Assembly (NCBI GenBank): GCA_011052365.1
Contig: DRJC01000200.1
Span: 1 to 59,156, forward strand
Length of the DNA: 59,156 nucleotides
Origin: Ignavibacteria bacterium
GTDB lineage: Bacteria; Bacteroidota; Ignavibacteria; Ignavibacteriales; Ignavibacteriaceae
Reading direction: 5' to 3'
In this document: positions 15,554 to 25,250 of the stretch, piece by piece
How positions within the stretch are numbered: position 1 is the first letter of the stretch
How the letters are laid out: every line of letters begins with the position of its first letter
Made by a program: the position numbers and the translations under genes
The notes under the pieces: generated by a model
What the model saw: the letters and a program-made list of their open reading frames with translations, nothing else
The model's database searches: none
Told to the model about the DNA's origin: nothing

Positions 15554-17653
15554 ATGAAAAATTATAAATTAAAAAATATGAGCTGTGCATCCTGTGCAGC
15601 AAAGATTGAAGATGGAGTTGCAAAATTAGAAGGAGTAAAATTTGTTTCCGTTAACTTTGCAGCTTCAACAATTAAAATCGAGACCGACAATATAGAAAAA
15701 GTAAAAAAGAAAATAAAACAAATTGAACCGGATGTAGAAATAGTTGATGAAACTTTAAACCGGGAAGAAACAGAAGATAAGTTCAGTATAAAAAAAGAAC
15801 TCTTCAAGATTACAGTGATTATAGCACTTTTAATTGTAGCCATAATATATAAAGATTCGTTGCACAATACTACCTATTCTATTGCAGAATATATTGTTTT
15901 TATTTCTATATACCTGCTGAGCGGATGGAATGTTTTAAAAACTGCGGGAAGAAATATTATAAGGGGACAGGTTTTTAACGAACAATTTCTGATGTCCATT
16001 GCAACTTTGGGAGCCTTTGCTATCCACGAAATGCCGGAAGCTGTTGCCGTTATGGTGTTTTTTAATGTCGGTGAGTTTTTTCAAAATCTTGCAGTACATC
16101 GCTCACGAAGATCAATTAAAAGTTTATTGGAAATACGACCCGATTCCGCCAACGTTTTTATAAACGGCGAAGTAAAGGAAGTCTCACCGGATGAAGTTAA
16201 TGTTGGAGATAAAATATTAATTAAACCCGGAGAAAAAATTCCTTTAGACGGTGATGTACTGGAAGGAAAGTCAATGGTTGATACTTCTGCGCTTACAGGT
16301 GAGTCCGTTCCGCGTCACGTTAAAAAGGGTGAGCCCGTTATGGCCGGTATGATTAACAAATCAGGCACATTAACTGTTATTGTAAAAAAACTGTTCGGTG
16401 AATCTTCCATCTCAAAAATTTTGGACCTTGTTGAAAATGCAACATCTAAAAAATCAAAGACAGAAAAATTTATAACAAAGTTTGCCCGTTATTACACACC
16501 CGCCGTTGTTATAGGTGCAATTCTCGTTGCAGTATTACCTCCACTATTGTTTGAGGGACAGTTGTTTTCTGTGTGGATATACAGGGCATTAATTATGCTT
16601 GTTGTTTCCTGCCCTTGTGCTTTGGTTATTAGTATTCCCCTCGGTTATTTTGGTGGTATCGGCGGGGCATCACATAAGGGGATATTGGTTAAAGGTTCTA
16701 ATTATTTGGATACGCTTACTGAAATTAAAGAAGTGGTCTTTGATAAAACCGGGACACTAACAAAAGGTGAATTCAAAGTCTCCGAAATTATTCCAAATAA
16801 TAATTTTAATAAAGATGAAGTTTTAGAACTTGCAGCTTATGCCGAATCTAATTCAAATCATCCGATAGCACAATCTATTATAGAAGCATACAATGGAAAT
16901 ATTAAGCAACAAGAAATTGTCAAAGTTTCAGAGATTGCCGGACAAGGAATTGAAGCAAGGGTGGACGGCAGAATTATTATCGCCGGCAACGATAAACTTC
17001 TTCACAATAAAAATATTACACACGATAAATGTAATATAGAAGGAACAGTAGTTCATATTGCAGTAGATAACAAGTATGCGGGTTACATTGTAATTTCAGA
17101 CAGTATTAAAGAAGACTCCGTTACAGCCATTAAAGACCTAAAGAAACTGGGCGTAAAAAAAACGATTATGCTTACGGGAGATAATTCTTTTGCCGCTAAA
17201 AAAATAGCTGATAGTTTAAACATTGATGAATTCTATGCGGAATTATTACCTGAAGATAAAGTAAAGTATATAGAAAAATCACTATCTCAAGCCGGGAAAA
17301 ATGAAAAGATTGCCTTTGTTGGTGACGGTATAAACGATGCACCTGTTTTAGCTCGTGCTGACGTTGGAATAGCAATGGGCGCACTTGGTTCCGATGCTGC
17401 GGTAGAAACTGCCGATGTGGTTCTTATGAATGATACCCTTGCGAGCGTTCCTATGGCAATAAGAATTGCTAAAAAAACCCGCAAGATAGTTTGGCAGAAT
17501 ATTATTTTTGCTCTCGTTGTAAAACTGCTGTTTATAATTCTTGCAGCATTCGGTATAGCAACAATGTGGGAAGCGGTATTCGGCGATATGGGTGTGGCAT
17601 TAATTGCAATTTTTAATGCTATGAGAGTAAGAAATATTCAGAATAATCTTTAA
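15554..17653 (+). CDS. cadA: P1B-2-type heavy-metal (Zn/Cd/Pb) translocating ATPase
   Basis: N-terminal HMA domain MSCASCAAKIE. TM6 SCPCALVISIP (CPCx4SxP), DKTGTLT, SNHPIA, GDGINDAP. TM7 Nx7K (NIIFALVVK) and TM8 DxGx7N (DMGVALIAIFN) are the signatures of the P1B-2 subgroup. Confidence 0.93.
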   Translation: MKNYKLKNMSCASCAAKIEDGVAKLEGVKFVSVNFAASTIKIETDNIEKVKKKIKQIEPDVEIVDETLNREETEDKFSIKKELFKITVIIALLIVAIIYKDSLHNTTYSIAEYIVFISIYLLSGWNVLKTAGRNIIRGQVFNEQFLMSIATLGAFAIHEMPEAVAVMVFFNVGEFFQNLAVHRSRRSIKSLLEIRPDSANVFINGEVKEVSPDEVNVGDKILIKPGEKIPLDGDVLEGKSMVDTSALTGESVPRHVKKGEPVMAGMINKSGTLTVIVKKLFGESSISKILDLVENATSKKSKTEKFITKFARYYTPAVVIGAILVAVLPPLLFEGQLFSVWIYRALIMLVVSCPCALVISIPLGYFGGIGGASHKGILVKGSNYLDTLTEIKEVVFDKTGTLTKGEFKVSEIIPNNNFNKDEVLELAAYAESNSNHPIAQSIIEAYNGNIKQQEIVKVSEIAGQGIEARVDGRIIIAGNDKLLHNKNITHDKCNIEGTVVHIAVDNKYAGYIVISDSIKEDSVTAIKDLKKLGVKKTIMLTGDNSFAAKKIADSLNIDEFYAELLPEDKVKYIEKSLSQAGKNEKIAFVGDGINDAPVLARADVGIAMGALGSDAAVETADVVLMNDTLASVPMAIRIAKKTRKIVWQNIIFALVVKLLFIILAAFGIATMWEAVFGDMGVALIAIFNAMRVRNIQNNL

Positions 17654-17688
17654 CTTTAAAGAAGAAATAATTTTATTAATATATCTAA

Positions 17689-18438
17689 ATGAAAAAATTA
17701 CTTGTCATACCGTCTATAGATATCAAGGGAGGAAAAACAGTCAGAGTAGTTCATGGAATTCCTGAATTAGATTGCAAAGAATATGGAAGTGATCCTGTTG
17801 AAATGGCAAGACTGTGGCGAGCAGAAAATGCTAAAATGATTCACGTTGTTGATTTTGACGGTGCTTGGGAATACTCTCATAGGAATTACAAGATTATTGA
17901 AGAGATGTGTTCTTCTGTTGTAATTCCCGTACAGTTCTCAGGCGGCATAAGAAATTTTGAAGATATAAAAGATATAATGGATCGCGGGATTATAAGATTA
18001 GCCATAAATACAATGGCATTTAACAATAAAAAAGATTTAATTAAAGCATTAGGAATATATGGTCCTAAAAAGATTGTAATTGCTCTTGATATACTTGATG
18101 ATGAAATAGTTATTAAAGGAAGAAAAATAAAAACAGGAGTTCACTATTTACAATTTGCAAAAGAAATGTTAGAATTAGGTGTTGAAAGATTTTTGGTTGC
18201 AGATATTTCAAAAAACGGAATGATGACGGGACCAAATTTGGCATTATCAAAAGAAATTGCAGAAAAAACAAAAGCTAGAATCACACATTCAGGCGGTATA
18301 AGAAACAAAGATGAATTGATGGATTTTCAGAATCTATGTAATATTGGTGTTGACTCTGTGGTTATTGGACGAGCCTTTTATGAAAATAGGTTCCCTTGCC
18401 AAAAATTATGGCGTGTAGCGGAAAGCGGAACAATTTAA
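17689..18438 (+). CDS. hisA: HisA-family (beta/alpha)8 ProFAR isomerase-like protein
   Basis: VIPSIDIKGGKTVRVVHG... and GVDSVVIGRAFYENRF are characteristic of HisA. No other his genes are in the window. Confidence 0.7.
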   Translation: MKKLLVIPSIDIKGGKTVRVVHGIPELDCKEYGSDPVEMARLWRAENAKMIHVVDFDGAWEYSHRNYKIIEEMCSSVVIPVQFSGGIRNFEDIKDIMDRGIIRLAINTMAFNNKKDLIKALGIYGPKKIVIALDILDDEIVIKGRKIKTGVHYLQFAKEMLELGVERFLVADISKNGMMTGPNLALSKEIAEKTKARITHSGGIRNKDELMDFQNLCNIGVDSVVIGRAFYENRFPCQKLWRVAESGTI

Positions 18439-18450
18439 CAAGGAATAAAT

Positions 18451-18972
18451 ATGGACAACAAGCAACAAGTAATTCACAGTAGTTTTTGGACAAATTTTTT
18501 TACTTCAAATACGGATGAATCAAATTTAAGGGAAGCTTTGCAAGCTTTACCTTTATTTAAGGATTTGAGTAAAAGAGATTGTTCCCTTCTGCTTAATATT
18601 GTTCATAATAGAATTTATGTTGCGGGTGAATATATTTTTTATCAAGGTGACCCTGGTTTAGGAATGTATTTAATTAGAGACGGCGAAGTTGAAATTAAAA
18701 GAGAAGGAACATCAAAGAAAGCCGAATCATTGGCTAAATTAAAGAAGGGAGATTTCTTCGGCGAGCTTGCTCTTGTTGATGGCGAAAAAAGATCTGCTTC
18801 GGCTATAGCGATTACAGACACAAAATTAGCTGTCATTTTTAAACCGGACTTAGAAGATTACATTGAGAAACTTCCGAAGAAAGGAATAAAAATAATGAGA
18901 GGTATTTCAGAAATTATAGCTGCACGTTTAAGAAAAGTGAACGCGGAATTAGAACATCAACAAATAAAATAG
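18451..18972 (+). CDS. Stand-alone cyclic-nucleotide-binding (CAP_ED) domain protein
   Basis: FGELALVDGEKRSASAIA phosphate-binding cassette. No output domain. Confidence 0.8.
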   Translation: MDNKQQVIHSSFWTNFFTSNTDESNLREALQALPLFKDLSKRDCSLLLNIVHNRIYVAGEYIFYQGDPGLGMYLIRDGEVEIKREGTSKKAESLAKLKKGDFFGELALVDGEKRSASAIAITDTKLAVIFKPDLEDYIEKLPKKGIKIMRGISEIIAARLRKVNAELEHQQIK

Positions 18973-18984
18973 GAGTAAATAGAG

Positions 18985-19473
18985 ATGGAACCTCATATAA
19001 AAAAAATTTTAGTTCCTATAGATTTTTCCGATTATTCTAAAGATGCATTAAACTATGCAATTAATTTTATAAAATATTTTAATGCAAAACTTACACTTAT
19101 TTATGTAATTGAACCTGTAATTTACCCGCCTGATTTTAGTGCAACTCAAATAAGCATTCCACCCACCGATTATGAATTAACAAAAACCGCCAAAGAAAGC
19201 CTGGAACATTTTATAGAAAGAGAGATACCTTCTAATATAGATGTGGACACAGTAATTAAAACAGGCAAACCATTTGTCGAAATTATAGAAACAGCAGAAG
19301 AAGAAAATATTGATTTAATAATTATTTCTTCTCACGGTCATTCCGGGATAGAAAAAATATTATTCGGCAGCACTGCTGAAAAGGTTGTTAGAAAAGCTCC
19401 CTGCCCTGTCCTTACTTTAAGGACACCGATTAAAGGATTTAATTATAACAATGAAAGAAAGAATGAGAAATGA
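18985..19473 (+). CDS. Universal stress protein (UspA family)
   Basis: KILVPIDFSDYS..., IIISSHGHSGIEKILFGSTAEKVVRKAPCPVLT. Confidence 0.88.
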   Translation: MEPHIKKILVPIDFSDYSKDALNYAINFIKYFNAKLTLIYVIEPVIYPPDFSATQISIPPTDYELTKTAKESLEHFIEREIPSNIDVDTVIKTGKPFVEIIETAEEENIDLIIISSHGHSGIEKILFGSTAEKVVRKAPCPVLTLRTPIKGFNYNNERKNEK

Positions 19474-19504
19474 TAAGTTAGAAATTATGAATTTAAGTTT
19501 GGGA

Positions 19505-20485
19505 TTAATTTTTTCTATTAACAATAAAATCGACTAAAGATTCTAAAGCAATTTTGGATGGTGAAACAGGGAAGATTTTTAACACTTCTCTTGCGGATTC
19601 TAAAAAATAATTTGCTTTCTCTAACGCAAATTCAATACCATTATTTGCTCTAACAAAATCGACAACTTTTTGAACATCTTCCCTGCTGTTGCCTTTCTTT
19701 ATAATTTTTCTAATTTTGTTTGCCTCGGATTTTGGAACATTATTCAGTGAATAAATTAATGGTAATGTAATTTTTTTTTCTTTTATATCACCCCCAACAG
19801 GTTTGCCTATAACATGGCTTTTTCCGTTAAGGTCCAAAACATCATCTATTATCTGAAAAGCCATCCCTATTTTATCTCCGAAAATTTTCATTCCATTTAA
19901 ATAATCAGGATTATCGGTTGTACTCATTGCACCAATTTGGCAGCAAGTTTCAAGCATAGACGCAGTCTTATCGGAAATTATTTTGTAGTATGTTTCCTCA
20001 TCAATATCCAGTTTCCTTGTTTTCTTTATTTGAAGAAGTTCACCTTCCGACATTCTCTTAACAGTATTTGTAATTACCTCCAAGAAGTCGTAATCCTTAC
20101 CTTTAACGGCTATCATCAATCCTTTGGATAAAAGATAATCCCCCATCAAGACAGCAATCTTATTTTTAAAGACAGCATTTATTGACCAAAACCCTCTACG
20201 CTTATCAGCATTATCAACAACGTCATCGTGTACTAAAGTAGCTGTGTGTAATAACTCAACCAAAACCGCACCGCGGTATGTTCGGTCATTAATACTTCCG
20301 GCTACTTTGGAAGACAGCAAAACCAAAAGCGGACGGATTTTTTTCCCTTTTTGCCTTAAGATATACCGGGTTACTAAATCTACTAACCCAACTTTTGAGT
20401 GCATAGATTCTTTAAATCTTTTATTAAACTCTTCCAGTTCAGAGTTAATAGGATAACTTATTTCTTTAAGTTTAGGTTTTATCAC
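19505..20485 (-). CDS. Polyprenyl diphosphate synthase (long-chain, IspB-like)
   Basis: Two Asp-rich motifs: LVHDDVVDNADKRRG and QIIDDVLD. Confidence 0.88.
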   Translation of the reverse strand: MIKPKLKEISYPINSELEEFNKRFKESMHSKVGLVDLVTRYILRQKGKKIRPLLVLLSSKVAGSINDRTYRGAVLVELLHTATLVHDDVVDNADKRRGFWSINAVFKNKIAVLMGDYLLSKGLMIAVKGKDYDFLEVITNTVKRMSEGELLQIKKTRKLDIDEETYYKIISDKTASMLETCCQIGAMSTTDNPDYLNGMKIFGDKIGMAFQIIDDVLDLNGKSHVIGKPVGGDIKEKKITLPLIYSLNNVPKSEANKIRKIIKKGNSREDVQKVVDFVRANNGIEFALEKANYFLESAREVLKIFPVSPSKIALESLVDFIVNRKN

Positions 20486-21234
20486 TTTTTCTTATAAACA
20501 AATTTTGAAATTAATATACTGATTTCGTACAAAAAGGCAAGCGGTATTGCTAATATAATTTGTGAAACTACATCTGCAGGAGTTAAAAAAGCTGATATGA
20601 TAAGAATTATTATAAGTGCATATTTCCTATATTTTGCCATAAACATAGGGGTAAGTATTCCTATTTTAGTCAGGAAGTAGGTTACCATTGGCAGCTCAAA
20701 CACTACCCCGGCACCCAACATAACACTGAGAATTACACTTAAATATTCATTTAATGCAAATTGATTACTTATCTCCTGCGAACCAAAATTTGCAGCAAAA
20801 CTTAAAGTAAAAGGTAGTATTACAAAATATGCAAATGCAATACCGATAATAAAACATATCGAAGAAAAAATAACAATAACAGAAATGTATTTCCGCTCAT
20901 TTTCTTTTAATGCCGGTACTATAAACTTCCAAAACTGGTAGAATATATTTGGTATACTTAAAACTATACCTGCAATTATAGCAACTTCTAAATAAACATA
21001 TACTTGTCCAAATGGTTTCAAGTTTTGAAGAACTATTCCGGAATCTTCTGCCGGTTTTAATAAAATTACGTTTATTAAATAATCAATAAAAATCCAGCTT
21101 ATAATTGTAGCAACAACTATCCCTAAAAAGGAATAAATTAACCGCCATCTAAATTCTTCAAGATGTTCAAGAAATGTCATAGAACCTTGGGGTTCTTCTT
21201 CGTCCAAATCTTTTGGTATTTCTTTTTCTGACAA
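20482..21234 (-). CDS. tatC: Twin-arginine translocase subunit TatC
   Basis: MTFLEHLEEFRWRL... N-terminus, 6 TM helices, 4-nt overlap with the downstream gene. Confidence 0.9.
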   Translation of the reverse strand: MSEKEIPKDLDEEEPQGSMTFLEHLEEFRWRLIYSFLGIVVATIISWIFIDYLINVILLKPAEDSGIVLQNLKPFGQVYVYLEVAIIAGIVLSIPNIFYQFWKFIVPALKENERKYISVIVIFSSICFIIGIAFAYFVILPFTLSFAANFGSQEISNQFALNEYLSVILSVMLGAGVVFELPMVTYFLTKIGILTPMFMAKYRKYALIIILIISAFLTPADVVSQIILAIPLAFLYEISILISKFVYKKK

Positions 21235-21243
21235 TTTTTAATT

Positions 21244-22524
21244 CTATTTATTAGTAAATAATGGATAATTTGAACAAAGATCCTTTACACTTTTTTTAAT
21301 CGCATTTAATTCGTCTTCGTTTTCATAGTTTGTTATTGCCCTATTTATAAACCCGGCTATTATACCCATTTCATTTTCTTTCATACCTCTTGTAGTTACG
21401 GCTGCCGTACCAACTCTAATTCCGCTGGTAATAAACGGGCTTCGTTCATCGAATGGAATCATGTTTTTATTAACGGTTATACCTGCTTTGCCTAAAGCTA
21501 TCTCGGCTTTTTTTCCTGTGATATCTTTATTGGTTAAATCAATTAACATTAAATGATTGTCAGTCCCACCTGAAATAATGTTAAAACCATGCTCACTTAA
21601 TTTTGCTGCTAAAGCTTTTGAGTTACTTATAATTTGTTTAGCATATTGTTCAAATGAATCACTTAAAGCTTCACCAAAAGCAACAGCCTTAGCCATTATT
21701 ATATGCATTAAAGGTCCACCCTGAATTCCCGGCATAACTTTACTGTCAATTAATTCGGACATCATCTTAACTCTTCCGCTTTTGGGGGCTATAACTCCCA
21801 TTCTATTTTCATAATCTTTACCCATTAAAATAACACCGCCTCTGGGTCCACGTAAAGTTTTGTGCGTAGTTGATGTTACTACATCGCAATACGGCAGCGG
21901 ATTGTTTAACAACCCCTTTGCAATTAAACCTGCCGGATGCGCCATATCACACATTAAATATGCGTCCACAGAATCAGCAATTTCTCTGAATTTTTCATAA
22001 TCCCATTCACGGGAATAAGCACTAGCTCCCATAATAATTAATTTAGGTTTTTCTTTTTTTGCTGAATCGGCAATTTGATCGTAGTCCAACATTTGGGTTT
22101 CTTTATTAAGATTATAACCAACAGCCTGATAAAGTTGACCCGAAAAATTAACCGGTGAACCGTGTGTAAGATGCCCTCCGTGTGCTAAACTTAATCCTAA
22201 AAATTTATCTCCAGGTTTTAATAGGGTCATTAAGACAGCCATATTAGCCTGCGAACCGCTATGTGGTTGCACATTTACATATTCAGCATTAAATAATTTT
22301 TTCAATCTATCCCTTGCAATGTCTTCAGCCATATCAACAAACTCACAACCGCCGTAATATCTTTTACCGGGATAACCTTCAGCATATTTATTTGTTAATA
22401 TTGTACCCGCTGCTTCTAATACCGCAGAGCTTACATAATTTTCCGAAGCTATTAATTCAAGGTTTTCTAATTGTCTTTTTGTCTCTAGTTCAAGTACTTT
22501 TGATATTTCTTTATCTGTCTGCAA
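21244..22524 (-). CDS. glyA: Serine hydroxymethyltransferase
   Basis: LIASENYVS..., [14 protein letters not shown] (PLP lysine motif). Confidence 0.97.
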   Translation of the reverse strand: MQTDKEISKVLELETKRQLENLELIASENYVSSAVLEAAGTILTNKYAEGYPGKRYYGGCEFVDMAEDIARDRLKKLFNAEYVNVQPHSGSQANMAVLMTLLKPGDKFLGLSLAHGGHLTHGSPVNFSGQLYQAVGYNLNKETQMLDYDQIADSAKKEKPKLIIMGASAYSREWDYEKFREIADSVDAYLMCDMAHPAGLIAKGLLNNPLPYCDVVTSTTHKTLRGPRGGVILMGKDYENRMGVIAPKSGRVKMMSELIDSKVMPGIQGGPLMHIIMAKAVAFGEALSDSFEQYAKQIISNSKALAAKLSEHGFNIISGGTDNHLMLIDLTNKDITGKKAEIALGKAGITVNKNMIPFDERSPFITSGIRVGTAAVTTRGMKENEMGIIAGFINRAITNYENEDELNAIKKSVKDLCSNYPLFTNK

Positions 22525-22628
22525 TGCATTACCTTCTGTAGTTGTATTTTTTTAAAAAATTAACATTTCTAATGTAACTATTTATCAAATTCTTATCTAC
22601 AATTAAAAGTCATTGATAACTTCAATAC

Positions 22629-22670
22629 AAAAAAAAGGTTTCAAAATAAAATCTTGAAACCTTTAAAAAA
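22629..22670 (-). terminator. Rho-independent terminator at the end of the glgA...TPR gene string
   Basis: AAAGGTTTCAA-aataaaatc-TTGAAACCTTT with flanking A/T runs (bidirectional shape). Confidence 0.65.
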
Positions 22671-22688
22671 CATTCTATATAAAGAGGA

Positions 22689-23969
22689 TCACCTTACGGT
22701 TACGCTTCGTTTTATCCATTCAAAATATTTGCCTTTTATTTTAAGTGTAGTCCCTTTTTTGTATCCTCTAAAGAAATAATCCTCTTTAGTAGGAAGAGAA
22801 GAAGATAAAGCTTTTAACCTGGCTTTTGCTTGGTCAAGCGTGGGATCAATTCTTAAAGCTTTACGATATGTTTGAACTGCTAACAAGTAAACAAGTTTAT
22901 CTTGAAAATCGAATTTACGTTTTCTTGCACTTAACTCATACAACAATCCTTCATAAAAAATTGGTAATCCCCAACTTTTATCTAACTCATAAGCTTTAAT
23001 ATATTCTGTTCTTGCTTTGGCAAACTTTCCTCCGTCTTTGTAAATTATTCCCAAGTTCAAGTGATTTTCTTTTTTACCGGGTTCTAATTTTATTAAAGTT
23101 TTATAAGCTTCTTCAGCTTTCTTTAAATTTCCAACTTTCAGATATGCTGTTGCTAACTGGGTCCAATAATTTATTGTCTTGGGAGCTTTGGACGCCAAGA
23201 ACTCTAATCCTACTATAGCTTTATCATACTCACCGGCTCTTTGTGCAATTGAAACATATTTCCAAGCTTTGGCAAGATTATTTTTGTCCTGATCCCAAGC
23301 CTTTTTAGTAAGTTGAACAAGTTGATCAATATTCTCAACCATTGATTCTAACTGTGCATTCCATTCAGGATTATTAGGTTCTTTTTCACTTAATTTAGAA
23401 TAAAGCTCAATCGCTTTCTCTTTATAATCATTTTTATCTGATGCATTATTTTTATAAACCAGGCCAAGCCTGTTAATCCAGTATGTAGAAATATTAGGAT
23501 TGGCTTTAATTGCTTCCAAGTAATATGCAATTACTTTTGCAGGAGGTAATTTAAGCCAGGTTTCTGCAACAAAAGCTCGCCTCGGAAGGAAAAAATTTGC
23601 AGAGGAGGTATCATATTTTAATGCAAGATCATATACATACATAATAGTATCATTTATTGCTTTCTTCTCTTTAGGACTTACTGTTGAAGAATCGTGTAAT
23701 TGCCAAAGGATATCTTCCATTTTATAAAAAATCCATTTACCGAATTTCTTAGGGTTAATACTTAGTACTTTCCAACCGTAAGGTAAAGCACTTTCAAAGT
23801 CTTTATTTTTATAATACTCTGAAAATAAACTGTATTGCTCAAGTAAGTTAACTGAGTCAGCAGGGGTATTAAAATTATATTTTATTTTAAGATCAGATGC
23901 AAAATTATTATTAGTGAAAACAAATAATAAAATAATTATCCCCAATGCATATTTCGTTAATCTATTCAA
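22689..23969 (-). CDS. Secreted TPR-repeat protein
   Basis: Signal peptide. Repeated A..Y...L..P/A-K-A TPR-like helices (AIELYSKL, AEEAYKTLIKLEP, ARTEYIKAYELD). Confidence 0.7.
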   Translation of the reverse strand: MNRLTKYALGIIILLFVFTNNNFASDLKIKYNFNTPADSVNLLEQYSLFSEYYKNKDFESALPYGWKVLSINPKKFGKWIFYKMEDILWQLHDSSTVSPKEKKAINDTIMYVYDLALKYDTSSANFFLPRRAFVAETWLKLPPAKVIAYYLEAIKANPNISTYWINRLGLVYKNNASDKNDYKEKAIELYSKLSEKEPNNPEWNAQLESMVENIDQLVQLTKKAWDQDKNNLAKAWKYVSIAQRAGEYDKAIVGLEFLASKAPKTINYWTQLATAYLKVGNLKKAEEAYKTLIKLEPGKKENHLNLGIIYKDGGKFAKARTEYIKAYELDKSWGLPIFYEGLLYELSARKRKFDFQDKLVYLLAVQTYRKALRIDPTLDQAKARLKALSSSLPTKEDYFFRGYKKGTTLKIKGKYFEWIKRSVTVR

Positions 23970-23995
23970 TGTTATACCTGTATTTGTTGTTTAAT

Positions 23996-25249
23996 TTACC
24001 TATTTCTACGAATGAACCAAAGTTCAGCCAAACTTAATCCAACACTAAATCTTATACGATTTTCTTTTATTAAATTTGAACTAGTCGTTCCTCTAATTGA
24101 ATATTCAAGTGCTAAATCTAATGAATTTTTAAGACTTAAAGGTAAAGATAAACCGGAATAAATTGCTATTTGATTTATGCCTTTACCGTTAAATCTGTAT
24201 TGTGTCTTTTCGTAACTTACACCGAGACGCCAAACCATATGTTCCCTATTTAAACCCGCACCTTTGTTCTGATTATCGTGTTCAATTCCAAAACTGTAAC
24301 GATATGAATCTCTTAAATTATCTGATTTTTTACCATTAAAAGTATAATTTGCCCATTTTTGTTCAGTATAGTCAAATGTGAATAGATACTTTTTATTAAC
24401 TATAAAACTCACACCGGCAAAAATTCTCGTCGGCAAATGCATATTTACTTTTTCATTAGATAAGGTATCAATTCCGAGGACAGAAGTTCTAATTAACAAT
24501 GTATCTGTGGGTAATTCAGAAAAAAGATTTACGGAAAATCCTAATCTAAATTCAGATAAAAGATTAGAGGAAAATAATTTTGAAATATCAGGAGTTATTA
24601 TACCTATAGTACTTCCAAGCCCGCCGGGTCGTCTTTTGTTATTGTATTCAGATTTATTCTTAGATATATTATTAGGAAATTCTATCCGAGAATAATATGT
24701 AAAACTCCCAAAATAATAATCCATTGATACACCAAAGCTAAAATCAAACGGCATTTTAATTGAAGTTCCTAAAAATAATTTGGAAAGACTTCCGGTTCCT
24801 TTATAAGTTGTAACAGACCTTTCAGAGAGATCTCCATTAGGTGTAATAGTTTTAACATCTAAATAATTTACGTTTGAAAATGGTAATAAACCCATGGATA
24901 AAGTTATACCGTTAGCTGTGCTTACAGGGAAAGCCAAGCTAACACCGTCAAATCGACCGCTGGCATAAAATCCCTTATTAGTATTATCAGATAAAAATGA
25001 ACCGCTAAGATTAGCACCGAACTCAACTCTTGTGAGTCTTAATTTTGTTAAACTTGCAGGGTTTACAAAACTAAGATAACTTCCATTTAGAACAGAAACA
25101 CCGAGACCTCCAAGTCCTATATTTCTTCCTGAATAAGAATAAATAATTTCACCAACTCCAAATTTTGTATAATTAGAACTTATCTGTGCAGGTGTAACTA
25201 ATTGGAGTAATAGGACTAATGTAAAAATGTAACTTCTAATATAATTCAT
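23996..25249 (-). CDS. Outer-membrane beta-barrel protein, FadL/PorV-like N-terminal motif
   Basis: Signal peptide. SGRNIGLGGLGVSVLNGSYLSFVNPASL resembles the G-x-G-G...NPA-L motif of FadL/PorV-type barrels. Alternating strand pattern throughout. Confidence 0.5.
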   Translation of the reverse strand: MNYIRSYIFTLVLLLQLVTPAQISSNYTKFGVGEIIYSYSGRNIGLGGLGVSVLNGSYLSFVNPASLTKLRLTRVEFGANLSGSFLSDNTNKGFYASGRFDGVSLAFPVSTANGITLSMGLLPFSNVNYLDVKTITPNGDLSERSVTTYKGTGSLSKLFLGTSIKMPFDFSFGVSMDYYFGSFTYYSRIEFPNNISKNKSEYNNKRRPGGLGSTIGIITPDISKLFSSNLLSEFRLGFSVNLFSELPTDTLLIRTSVLGIDTLSNEKVNMHLPTRIFAGVSFIVNKKYLFTFDYTEQKWANYTFNGKKSDNLRDSYRYSFGIEHDNQNKGAGLNREHMVWRLGVSYEKTQYRFNGKGINQIAIYSGLSLPLSLKNSLDLALEYSIRGTTSSNLIKENRIRFSVGLSLAELWFIRRNR

Positions 25250-25250
25250 T

